From NCBI GenBank assembly GCA_963836235.1, contig CAWIIP010000005.1, positions 267,479 through 331,478 of the forward strand: a DNA stretch of 64,000 nt, in the 5' to 3' direction. The notes below the pieces were generated by a model, which did no database searches, had not been told where the DNA came from, and saw nothing but the letters and a program-made list of their open reading frames with translations. Below are positions 1-8,656 of this stretch, in pieces; positions within the stretch are counted from its first letter, which is position 1; the number at the start of each line of letters is the position of its first letter. Source of the stretch: an uncultured Pseudomonadota bacterium. GTDB taxonomy: Bacteria > Oederibacteriota > Muellerivitia > Muellerivitales > Muellerivitaceae. The position numbers were made by a program, and so were the translations under genes.

Positions 1-23
1 TCCATGTGTCGGGGTCGAGTCAT
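1..23 (-). CDS. 5' start of a gene running off the window edge (MTRPRHM...)
   Basis: Strong SD TAAGGAGG (40-33) 9 nt before ATG at 23; frame open to the window edge. Confidence 0.35.
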
Positions 24-518
24 CGGCATAGCCCTCCTTACATAACAATCCAAAAATTATTGATACACACACCCACAAAAAGATCCGAGGAACAAAATGG
101 CCAAGCTCACCTTTTAGAACGAAGGGGTCAGGCCACCACTTTCTACTTTTCAATTCATCGACCCAAAATCGGCGTTTGTTTTCTTTCCCCATATCTGGAC
201 TCCCTTCCCATGTGGCGTGCTGGTTGAACATTTTTATAAATCGACATTATTGAAAATTACGAATTAGGCCTTATATCTTGGACCCCGCAAAATATATTTA
301 AGTGTAGGAGTGAGTTGGAAAATAATTGCTTTATTTGTGACCGGTCGCGACAACTATACCAAAAACCCCAATTACGACAACGTTAAATACTAAATTCACG
401 AAAGCCTTGTTCCGGACACAAAATTCGCACTATTTCTGACCACTCTTGAAAATATTTGTTCTTTTTAAAAGAAATGGTACTCTATCCGCAGAATTGAGAA
501 CTTCAGGGAGGATATGAA

Positions 519-878
519 ATGAAACGTTTGGTCATATTGATGGCGGTTGGATTAAGTTTTGGATTGGCTAGTTATTCCCATGCGGCGGCGACAACTTCAA
601 CCCCAGTCCCCTACAAAAGCCTCAATCCCCAAGCTCATCAAATTAATCTGCGGCTAAAAAACCAGTGGATGCTGGTTCAACAAGGACTTAAGTCTGGGAA
701 ATTCACCAAGGCGCAGGGCGCTTCTTATCGGGCCAGCCTGAAAGCCGTCCGCGAGCAGGAAGTCGGCTTCTTCAAGCTGAACAAAAGCCACCAACTAACC
801 ACCGATCAGGTGAGCCAGCTGAACACTTCGTTGAATCAAAACTCCTCCACCCTCGGTGAAACTCCCACCAACAACTAA
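519..878 (+). CDS. Secreted helical hypothetical protein
   Basis: SD GGAGG; Sec signal ending SHA-A; Gln/Asn-rich pattern QINxRLxNQ...QGLKSGKFT...LTTDQVSQLN; followed by a terminator. Confidence 0.8.
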   Translation: MKRLVILMAVGLSFGLASYSHAAATTSTPVPYKSLNPQAHQINLRLKNQWMLVQQGLKSGKFTKAQGASYRASLKAVREQEVGFFKLNKSHQLTTDQVSQLNTSLNQNSSTLGETPTNN

Positions 879-887
879 ATCTTTTAA

Positions 888-925
888 AAACAAAAAGGTG
901 CCCCAATTGGAGCACCCTTTTGTTT
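888..925. terminator. Bidirectional intrinsic terminator
   Basis: AAACAAAAAGGTGCCCC-AATT-GGAGCACCCTTTTGTTT hairpin with A and T tails. Confidence 0.75.
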
Positions 926-1252
926 AAATTCATTTCCCAATTTTATTTAAAACCTCCCCAAATATTTGATCCAAATTTAAAATAACACGCAAGCCACAAA
1001 TCAAAGCCAGGTTAATTTTCCCTCAAACCATTTTGGAACTTATATAAGCGCTCGAATTGAGCTTGGTTACAATAGCCGTTTCTCATGGCGTAAAGCATCG
1101 CATCAAAAAAATCTTCAACCCTGATATAAAAGTTTTCATTGTCCACTCCTATAACCGTTAAAAATATTGAATCATTTTAATAAATCTGATATATCTAATA
1201 GCGCAACTATTTAACACCTCATGACGTCCAAAAGAAAGGTTGGGTTAAATTT

Positions 1253-1453
1253 ATGCAGATAAAGAAAAAACGCGGCCCTCAACCCATGGGAGGAATTCGG
1301 ATCATCCTCCGCCTCTTGCCGGATTTAATTACGGCACTTGACGCGGAACAGAAGCGGTCAGGACGTACCCGGACCGACTTGATCCAGCGGGCCATTGAGG
1401 CCCAATACATGGGCAAGCGCCGCAAAACAGATTGGGAACCCCCTAAGAGATAG
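1253..1453 (+). CDS. Ribbon-helix-helix (CopG-like) DNA-binding protein
   Basis: RIILRL strand, then LITALDAEQKRSGRTRTDLIQRAIE helix pair. Confidence 0.75.
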   Translation: MQIKKKRGPQPMGGIRIILRLLPDLITALDAEQKRSGRTRTDLIQRAIEAQYMGKRRKTDWEPPKR

Positions 1454-1513
1454 TTCGTCTCCCGAAGCCTCAAAGCCAAGGAGATAGCGGGCTTACGGGG
1501 CGGGAGAGCGGAC

Positions 1514-3310
1514 ATGACAAAGGAAGACTGGGAGCGTTTCAACCAGGTTGTTCTGTTGCCGTTGACCCTTCCTTTTATTTTTATCGGCCTCAATTTCTGC
1601 TGGCCCTTTTTCGGCCTGGGGAATATGGACGGGACCTTCCCGGACCCGGACGTGGTGAATCGCCACCTACTGGGACCGTTCATCCTGATATTCGCCGTCC
1701 CCTATGTTCTCGTCTTCCTGTACCGGGAGAGCGAGAACATCCTTATTCCCACCAAGCTGGCGGTCTGCCCGACCATGGCGGTCGCCGTCTTGGACCTCCT
1801 CTTTTCGACCTATAGCAAGTTTTACCTCGTTTCAGTCGCGCTCGTGACCTCGCTTGGCTTGTTTGAACTTTTCTGGAAGCCAGTCAAGAAGAAGAAAGAG
1901 GAATTAGGACCCTATCCCTTAGTTCTAGATTCCAAGGGGCAAAACATCCTTTCGACGTCCTCCCTGCACGAGAACGTTCAAATAGTGGGTGGAACAGGCA
2001 CCGGCAAGACCCATTACGTCATCAAACCCTTCATTGAACAAACCATCCGGCAGGATTTGGGTTGCTTCATCCTGGACGTCAAAAGCAACATGTTCCCGGA
2101 CGTGGCTTATTTCGCTTGGATGGCCAAAGGCCGCTTCATCCGCCATTTCACCCTGGCCGACATCCTGGGTTCCCTTCGCTACAATCCACTCTATGGGGAT
2201 AATCCCGACGCCATCGCCAACCGGGTTTTCGTGGCTCTTTACTTCGACGTCAGGTCCACCGAGCCCTATTACCGGGAATTAGCCGAAACCTATCTCCACA
2301 ACCTCATTGGGTTACTCAAGAAAGAGATAAAGACCCTCACGTTCCAGGACCTTCTCACCTGTACCCAGGAAGGGGATACCTTCAGGACAATCGCCTGGTT
2401 TTGCTCCAAATACCCCGATACCCATTACGCGCGGTACTTCCAGGAGCAATGGCTTGGTAAATCTCCCAAGGACCGGCGTAATGATCTTTCAGGACTATTG
2501 AACAAACTCCAAAGGTTCTGCAACAGCGAGTGGTCCCATCTGCTCAATGTCCGTGAACCCGATATCAAGATGGAAGACGTGGTAAAGCTTGGTCAGGTCT
2601 TCCTGTTCTCCCCCGACGCCGCCCGTTACCCGCAGGACGCCAAACCCCTCTGCATCCTCGCCATGATGGACTTGGCCGAGCAATTGGCTGATCGATACCG
2701 AACCACCCCACAGAAGCCTTTCCGGGTCTTCCTGGACGAGTTCTACAACCTGGCTTACCCGAAGTTCATCGACTTCATCAACAAGTGCCGGGAAGCCCAG
2801 GTGAACCTCTTCTTGGCCCACCAGTCCTTGGGGGACTTGAGGGGCGTTTCGGAGGATTTCCTGGAACAGGTCTTGAACACCGCCAGCAACAAGATCATCT
2901 TGCGGGTCAACGACCCGGACACAGCGGAGTCTTTCTCCCGGCAGTTCGGGACCGAACTGGACCGGGAAGCCAGGGTGACTTCCTACAAGGCGGACCATAC
3001 CCTGGCCGGGTACAGCGTTCCCATCACCGAAAAGTTCCGGTTCCATCCGAATCGGATCAAGGATCTCAAGGTAGGCCAAGCCATCGTCAAGGCCATGGGG
3101 GAATCGGGAGTCCGCATCTTCCAGACCGACTTGCGGCGGGCCGACAAGCCCTGGGCAGGCTTCAACCCGAAAAATGCCTTGGCCTATAGGACCCCCCACG
3201 AGGGAAAGAACGAAAGCTCTATCCCCCAATTGATCCAGGAAGTGGCCGTACCTGTTGGGCAGGGTTCCAGGAGGACCATTGCGTCCTTGGGGGAGGAAGA
3301 AAATGACTGA
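1514..3310 (+). CDS. VirD4/TraD-like type IV coupling protein
   Basis: N-terminal TM helices; Walker A GGTGTGKT; ILDVK; Walker B FLDEF; KCREAQVNLFLAHQSLGDL C-terminal TraD motif. Confidence 0.9.
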   Translation: MTKEDWERFNQVVLLPLTLPFIFIGLNFCWPFFGLGNMDGTFPDPDVVNRHLLGPFILIFAVPYVLVFLYRESENILIPTKLAVCPTMAVAVLDLLFSTYSKFYLVSVALVTSLGLFELFWKPVKKKKEELGPYPLVLDSKGQNILSTSSLHENVQIVGGTGTGKTHYVIKPFIEQTIRQDLGCFILDVKSNMFPDVAYFAWMAKGRFIRHFTLADILGSLRYNPLYGDNPDAIANRVFVALYFDVRSTEPYYRELAETYLHNLIGLLKKEIKTLTFQDLLTCTQEGDTFRTIAWFCSKYPDTHYARYFQEQWLGKSPKDRRNDLSGLLNKLQRFCNSEWSHLLNVREPDIKMEDVVKLGQVFLFSPDAARYPQDAKPLCILAMMDLAEQLADRYRTTPQKPFRVFLDEFYNLAYPKFIDFINKCREAQVNLFLAHQSLGDLRGVSEDFLEQVLNTASNKIILRVNDPDTAESFSRQFGTELDREARVTSYKADHTLAGYSVPITEKFRFHPNRIKDLKVGQAIVKAMGESGVRIFQTDLRRADKPWAGFNPKNALAYRTPHEGKNESSIPQLIQEVAVPVGQGSRRTIASLGEEEND

Positions 3311-4166
3311 ACCCCTCTCCCCCATTACGGCCCTGGAACCCAAGGACGTCGAAACCTTGGCCTATATCCATTCCAACAAGTTCATCACGACTAAGCTATT
3401 CCACAAGAAGTTCCACCACCACCATTCCTATTGGACGGCCTGCCTGCACCTGAAACGGCTCATGGAGAAGGGCCTACTCTTGAAGACAAGGAACCTCCCT
3501 AACGAGGACGCTTTCTACTGCCTGACCCGCCCGGCCATGCGCCATTTGTCCGAGCTGGCCCGAATTCTCATTTCCCCGGAAGTGCGCTCCCCCCATATCA
3601 ATCCATTCGAGCGGGAGCACGACAAAAGGGTTCTTGCCATGCGTATCCAGATCGAGGAAGCGGGCGGCTTGGACGGGTTGACCTGGCTTTCGGATTACGA
3701 AATGCGTTGCGGGTTGAGACTCGATTGGAAAAAGGCCCTGGCCGAGGGCCGGGGTTGGGCCCTCGCCGGGGCGAAACTGCACCGGGTTCACCACCGTACC
3801 CCGGACGGATACTTTGAGGGCTCCCTCGCGGGCAAGGGTGTTGCCTTTGCCTTGGAGTATGAGCATACGTCCTACAACCGGGAGAAGATGACCGCCATGG
3901 TCTTGAACCTGACCAGGGACTTCCCCGGTGCCTTCCGGCTGGTGGTCAGCCGGGACAAGGACCATGCGGTCAGGATGATTGAGGGGCTGGAAACCTACCT
4001 CAAAGGCGACCCCCGTAACCGGGACCTATGGGGCTTTTCCTTCTTTGAGAAGGTGGTCCGGCTTCCCTTCATTCGGGTGCCTTGGGTCAACCTGCACGGC
4101 GAATACCTGCCCTTCGTGAAGGACCCCATCCTAAAAGCCTCCCAATCGGCGGAGGTGACGGCATGA
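3303..4166 (+). CDS. Replic_Relax / MOB_C-like relaxase (winged HTH + PD-(D/E)XK nuclease)
   Basis: ATG at 3303 overlaps the T4CP stop; wHTH (RLMEKGLL...YCLT), EHD, TPDG...ALEYE motifs. Confidence 0.8.
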   Translation: MTEPLSPITALEPKDVETLAYIHSNKFITTKLFHKKFHHHHSYWTACLHLKRLMEKGLLLKTRNLPNEDAFYCLTRPAMRHLSELARILISPEVRSPHINPFEREHDKRVLAMRIQIEEAGGLDGLTWLSDYEMRCGLRLDWKKALAEGRGWALAGAKLHRVHHRTPDGYFEGSLAGKGVAFALEYEHTSYNREKMTAMVLNLTRDFPGAFRLVVSRDKDHAVRMIEGLETYLKGDPRNRDLWGFSFFEKVVRLPFIRVPWVNLHGEYLPFVKDPILKASQSAEVTA

Positions 4167-4263
4167 ACCACACCCCTAAACACCTGAAGCGGAGGTTGAA
4201 ACAGAGTCAAGCCAAAATCCACGGAAACGCCCACGAAAGAGGGCGATTCGGCTCTCTTGCGAC

Positions 4264-4537
4264 GCCAGCCCCCACTCTCCCAGCATCATTACATGAGTGC
4301 TGGAATTCGATAGTGGGGGCTGGCCTCTCATCCATCCGAATCCTTATAAGCGCGGGCGTAGAGGACAAAGACAAGAATCAACAGATAAAGAATACAGATA
4401 CAGCGAAAGTCAAAAGCAATGTCAACAGCAACACAAACACCGTGGAAACCCCCCCGAATAACCTGTTGGTAATGAAACAGGTTTGGGAAGCGGGGTTTTC
4501 CACACCTTTCCCCGAAGGTAGGACCCTATCGGGTCCT
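4264..4537. other. Cluster of nested inverted repeats; putative oriT / single-strand origin
   Basis: GCCAGCCCCCACT (4264-4276) / AGTGGGGGCTGGC (4312-4324); GTGGAAACCCC / GGGGTTTTCCAC (4442-4503) with inner AACCTGTT/AACAGGTT; AGGACCC-TATC-GGGTCCT (4520-4537). Confidence 0.5.
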
Positions 4538-4571
4538 TTATTTTTCAATCTTTATGCAGAGGAGGTAATCC

Positions 4572-4826
4572 ATGCAAGATCGTAGGAAGAACGTAGAACG
4601 GCGGAATTATTTAATGTCGGACAAGGATATCGCTGAATGGGCCGGGGTTTCTCCTAATACGGTCCGCTATTGGCGGCAAACAGGTGTCTTGCCTTTCGAG
4701 AAGGTCGGCAAGTACCCCAGGGTTTGGTATTCCGTGCTCCTTCAAGTTTTTCAAAAAGCCAGTCCACATTTGGCGAACGGTGCTGATAAAATGCCAAGTG
4801 CTGGGGACATTAGGAGGGACGCATGA
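4572..4826 (+). CDS. Excisionase-like HTH protein
   Basis: SD GAGGAGG; LMSDKDIAEWAGVSPNTVRYWRQTGVLPFEKVG MerR/Xis-type HTH; ATGA overlap with the integrase. Confidence 0.85.
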   Translation: MQDRRKNVERRNYLMSDKDIAEWAGVSPNTVRYWRQTGVLPFEKVGKYPRVWYSVLLQVFQKASPHLANGADKMPSAGDIRRDA

Positions 4827-5932
4827 GTAGACCTAATGTTCATGGATTGCCCCGGTTTTTGAGAAAGGACGCCGGGGGTTATTTTCTGGATTACTTTGTC
4901 CAAGAGGAAGGAGTGAGAAAAAGGAAAAGGGTTCGTTTGGGATTCATTCCACTGGCCCAGGCTAAGCGGGTCTTGGCTCAACACACGCAAGAAATTGTGG
5001 AGCAAAGATTTATAGCCTTAGAGAAGCCGAAAGTCACGTTCATGGAAGCGGCGGATTCGTTTTTGGCCTATTCATCGGCCAGGAAAAAAAGCCACAGGAA
5101 CGACGCGCAGATCGTCACCCGACTTAAGGCTTTTTTTGGGAACCGGTCTTTGGAGAGCCTGACGCCCGATCTTGTTGAGGCTTACCTGACTCAAAGGCAG
5201 AAAGAGGGTAACAAGCTTCACAAGAGGGATTTCCTGACAGGCTCAACACTTAATCGGGATATTGCCTGCCTAAAAACCATTATTCGTAGAGCGGTTTTAA
5301 ACAGGCGGATTGAGCGTAATCCAATCGAGGGAGTGCGGCGGTTCAAGGAGTATTCTCGCGATAGGACGTTGACCCAACAGGAACTGCAAGACTTTCTGGC
5401 GGTTTGCTCGCCCCATTTAAGGTCCATCGTGGAGCTAGCCTATTTAAGCGGCATGAGACGCGGTGAAATTCTTGGTTTAAGGTGGGATCAGATCGACTTC
5501 AAGAACAAGGTTATTGTTTTGGAAGCCGCCGACACCAAGACCCAGGAAAAGAGGGAAATTCCGTTGAGTTCAAGACTGAATCAGCTTTTCCAGCGGATAC
5601 CCAAGACTTTGGGAAATCCATTTGTGTTTACTTACAAAGGTAAACGCATTGGAAATATCAGAAATGCCTTCAAACGAGTTTGCCGCAAGGCGGGGATCAA
5701 GGATTTTCGGTTCCATGATTTCAGGCATTGCGCGGTGACCAACTTGAGGAAGGCGGGGGTGAGTGATTCGGTTATCATGTCCATTTCGGGCCATAAGACC
5801 CATGCTGTTTTTAGAAAATATGACCGAGTGGATCGGGATGACCGGCAGGAAGCTTTTCGGCGTGTTGAAAGTTTGATTGACACGGATATGACACGTCAAG
5901 AAAATCCTATCCCGCAAGAGGCAGGTTCGTAG
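4823..5932 (+). CDS. Tyrosine recombinase / phage-type integrase
   Basis: SGMRRGE (R), KT, FHDFRH (HxxR), SGH, FRKY (catalytic Tyr). Confidence 0.95.
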   Translation: MSRPNVHGLPRFLRKDAGGYFLDYFVQEEGVRKRKRVRLGFIPLAQAKRVLAQHTQEIVEQRFIALEKPKVTFMEAADSFLAYSSARKKSHRNDAQIVTRLKAFFGNRSLESLTPDLVEAYLTQRQKEGNKLHKRDFLTGSTLNRDIACLKTIIRRAVLNRRIERNPIEGVRRFKEYSRDRTLTQQELQDFLAVCSPHLRSIVELAYLSGMRRGEILGLRWDQIDFKNKVIVLEAADTKTQEKREIPLSSRLNQLFQRIPKTLGNPFVFTYKGKRIGNIRNAFKRVCRKAGIKDFRFHDFRHCAVTNLRKAGVSDSVIMSISGHKTHAVFRKYDRVDRDDRQEAFRRVESLIDTDMTRQENPIPQEAGS

Positions 5933-5967
5933 TTTAAAAGTATTGTTTTAAAAGAAACTTTCGAGCG

Positions 5968-6044
5968 GTGCCCATAGCTCAATTGGATAGAGCTTCTGAC
6001 TTCGGATCAGAAGGTTGCAGGTTCAAGTCCTGCTGGGCACACCA
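5968..6044 (+). tRNA. tRNA-Arg (anticodon UCG)
   Basis: Acceptor stem GTGCCCA/TGGGCAC, D arm GCTC/GAGC, anticodon arm TCTGA-CTTCGGA-TCAGA, T loop TTCAAGT, encoded CCA. Confidence 0.95.
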
Positions 6045-6275
6045 TCTATCCACAGAAGATATGGCAAACAAAGTTTGCCGTTAAACAGAGGATGGCGTTG
6101 TACCAATTTCCATAGTGTTTGTCTTTTAAGAAAATTGGTACACACCATTATTCCAATACCATTCAAAGCCTCCGCCTTGTTGATCCCTTTATTTCCTGTG
6201 AAAACTTCTTGTAAAAACTGCTTTATTTTGGACTAATGCTTGCAAGTTTAGCCTTTACTACCAGGAGGTCTTATC

Positions 6276-6554
6276 GTGACGAAGAGTGAAATGCAGATGA
6301 CGTTGGCGACGGCGACGGGTTTTAAGAAGAAAGATATCGAAAATATGCTACAGGCCCTGAACGACCTGATTTACAAAACCTTGAAAAAAGAAAAGGTAAT
6401 CAAGCTCGACGGCCTCGGCGTGTTCCAATTGAAGGATCGCAAAGCCCGCATGGGCCGCAATCCCGCCACCGGCGAAACCATCAAGATCGCCGCCAAGCGG
6501 GTCGTCAAGTTCCGCGTGGTCAAGGCCTTGAAGGATGAGGTTCTGGGAAAATAA
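6276..6554 (+). CDS. hup: HU family DNA-binding protein
   Basis: MTKSE...GLGVF...RKARMGRNPATGETIKIAAKRVVKF; SD AGGAGG. Confidence 0.95.
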   Translation: MTKSEMQMTLATATGFKKKDIENMLQALNDLIYKTLKKEKVIKLDGLGVFQLKDRKARMGRNPATGETIKIAAKRVVKFRVVKALKDEVLGK

Positions 6555-6592
6555 TTCGGCCCCGCGAATAAGCATCGCAGACGCTGGACTTC

Positions 6593-6638
6593 GGAGTGCT
6601 GATGCGAAAATCATAAAGCATCAGCGCTCCTTTTTTTT
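6593..6638 (+). terminator. Intrinsic terminator of the HU gene
   Basis: GGAGTGCTGATGC / GCATCAGCGCTCC stem followed by T8. Confidence 0.8.
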
Positions 6639-6797
6639 GACCTTTTTCCCCTCGCTTAAAACCGAGGAGTTGTCGGTTGGGCGGTTTTTAAAAAACTTGT
6701 TGAACTCGTTGTTTCCCCTCCGAATTTTTGGTTGCCGTCATACGGTTTTTTTTAACCACGACCCTTTGCATCACTTTGATAGCCAAAGAGAAATTCC

Positions 6798-7025
6798 TTA
6801 CCGCAGATCGGCGCTCGTCTTGAAGCCCCATTTTTTCCAGGTTTGGGCGCGGGTATAGAAGGTACTGTCCTTATGTAAAAAGCCGGTGTTTTCCTGACCG
6901 AGAGAAATAATGCCTTCCGCCTCGGCGGCCATTAAGGCTTCCATGTGATCGAAACCCGTATAGGTCTTCCCCGTGAAGGGATCCAGTACGGCGGGTTTAA
7001 AGTCGGATTTTCGAAAGGGTTTCAT
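6798..7025 (-). CDS. Hypothetical protein (75 aa)
   Basis: Globular-looking ORF with TG.DH...GFL...FYTR pattern; isolated between terminators. Confidence 0.6.
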   Translation of the reverse strand: MKPFRKSDFKPAVLDPFTGKTYTGFDHMEALMAAEAEGIISLGQENTGFLHKDSTFYTRAQTWKKWGFKTSADLR

Positions 7026-7047
7026 GCCCTTATCCTATCGCCCCGCT

Positions 7048-7084
7048 AAAAAAAGGCCCGTGCCCCAAAGGGGCCGGGCCTTTT
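7048..7084. terminator. Intrinsic terminator (bidirectional form)
   Basis: AAAAAAAGGCCCG-TGCCCC-AAA-GGGGC-CGGGCCTTTT. Confidence 0.8.
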
Positions 7085-7099
7085 GAAACCGGAAGGTCT

Positions 7100-8656
7100 T
7101 TAAAAAGCCCCGTAAGAGGTTCCCACCAAATCCACCTGGTTGCTGCCGTCCAGGTTCATCCGATAAATCTGGGGGGTCCCGTTCGGCACGCCGGAGCGGC
7201 CATAGGTGTAAAACAAAATGCTTCGGCTGTCCGGGGTATAGATCGGCATGAGGTCACCGTAGCCGTTGTTGGACAGGTTGGTGACGTTCGATCCGTCGGG
7301 GTTCATCACGTAGATCTGGTTCTTCCCCGTTCTTTGGGAATCAAAAGCGATATGCGTCCCGTCGATGGACCAGCAGGGTGACTCGTTGTTGTTGGTGGCG
7401 GTCAATTGCGCCTGGCCGCTGCCGTCCGGGTTCATCACCCAGATATCGTCCCCTTTGGCGAAGGCGATCTTGGTCCCGTCTGGCGACCAGGAAGGCTGGT
7501 CGTTAGTGTTGGGGTCGCTCGTCAATTGGGTCACGTTGGACCCGTCGGGGTTCATGGTGTATAGTTCGAACCAGCCGATGCCGGACCGGGAGGAGGAAAA
7601 ACAAATTTTAGTACCGTCCGGCGACCAGCAAGGCCGGCGGTCCTGGTAAATGCCCGGATTGGTCAGCTGGGTTTGGTTACTTCCGTCCGCGTTCATCGTC
7701 CAGATGGCCCACCCTCCCACAAACTCAGAATTCCAGACGATTTTCGTCTGACCCATGTTGAAACGGGGATCGATATCCACCCCACCATGGGCCGTCAATT
7801 GCACGGGATCGGACCCATCCGCGTTCATGACGACGATCCCGTCAGGACCTGGGAAGGCACCCTCAAAGACGATCTTATAAGTGGGAACCGGGGTTGGGGT
7901 ATTGGTAGGGCTTAAGGTGACGGTGTTTGTCGCCGTGGTTGTGAGGGTGCCGCTGGGCGTCAAGGTCGGCGTGGCGGTGGCGGTCAAGGTGGCGCTGTTG
8001 GTGGGCGTCGGCGTGGCGGTCGCCACGCGGGTATTGGCGTTCACCCGGCGGATATTGGAGGTGGCGCAGGTCGTCCCCGTCGTAGTGTCGTAAACCTGCA
8101 CCTTCAACTGCGTGGGGATGTTGGCGGTCAGGGCGATTTCCAGGCCCAGGGGCAGGGTGGAAACCGTTACGGTGGAGGGGATGGGGACAATCACGTTATT
8201 GTTGGCGTCCAATACCCGCAGGCCCACGGTCGTGGAGCTACAGCCGTTGGGCAGCTTTCCCCGAAGGGTGATATGGGCGTTCAGGGCCTGGTTCCCCGTC
8301 CCCGCGTTCAACAGGACTACCGAGTTGAAGCGGATTTTCAGAGGTGCGCAGGTGGTACAGCTGGGGGCCGCGTCGGCGACCGCCGAAGCCGTTTCCGAGG
8401 GTGAGGAGGTGAGGGCCAAATCCTGTAAGTCCTCATCCGTCAAAAGATCGGAATCGTCCTCGATGGTCGGAGTTTCATGGGCCGGTGAACCGGACGGGGT
8501 CAGCGAGGGACTGGGAAAGCCGGAAGCGTTCGTCACCGGCGCGACCATGGCGGAAGTCGCGGCCGTGGGCTGGCTGGAGCTGGAGCTGTTGGAACAGGAA
8601 ATGGCGGCAATGGTTCCCACCAGAATCAGCAATGGAATAAATATTTTTTTCAGCAT
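7100..8656 (-). CDS. Lipoprotein with Thr/Pro linker and TolB-like (PD40) beta-propeller
   Basis: Lipobox AISC; repeated P.WSPDGTKI.F...IYxMNPDGSNxTQLT units. Confidence 0.9.
   Translation of the reverse strand: MLKKIFIPLLILVGTIAAISCSNSSSSSQPTAATSAMVAPVTNASGFPSPSLTPSGSPAHETPTIEDDSDLLTDEDLQDLALTSSPSETASAVADAAPSCTTCAPLKIRFNSVVLLNAGTGNQALNAHITLRGKLPNGCSSTTVGLRVLDANNNVIVPIPSTVTVSTLPLGLEIALTANIPTQLKVQVYDTTTGTTCATSNIRRVNANTRVATATPTPTNSATLTATATPTLTPSGTLTTTATNTVTLSPTNTPTPVPTYKIVFEGAFPGPDGIVVMNADGSDPVQLTAHGGVDIDPRFNMGQTKIVWNSEFVGGWAIWTMNADGSNQTQLTNPGIYQDRRPCWSPDGTKICFSSSRSGIGWFELYTMNPDGSNVTQLTSDPNTNDQPSWSPDGTKIAFAKGDDIWVMNPDGSGQAQLTATNNNESPCWSIDGTHIAFDSQRTGKNQIYVMNPDGSNVTNLSNNGYGDLMPIYTPDSRSILFYTYGRSGVPNGTPQIYRMNLDGSNQVDLVGTSYGAF

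Larger units (their letters stand above)
1253..5967 (+). mobile_element. Integrative mobilisable element (minimum extent; left end not identified)
   Basis: Co-oriented, partly overlapping RHH-T4CP-relaxase-Xis-integrase module ending 35 bp before a tRNA. Confidence 0.8.

Noticed and set aside
897-913. GGTGCCCCAATTGGAGC resembles the tRNA-Arg 5' end (possible attL)
   Set aside because: Needs two internal deletions to align and is fully explained as a terminator stem
4082-4585. 167-aa ORF as a normal protein gene
   Set aside because: Low-complexity, unrecognisable product over a hairpin-rich region; kept only as part of the origin finding
6725-6797. Minus-strand GATGCAAAG...TATGACGGC resembling a c-di-GMP-I riboswitch
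   Set aside because: No GGCAAA or GNRA P2 stem, and no downstream co-oriented gene
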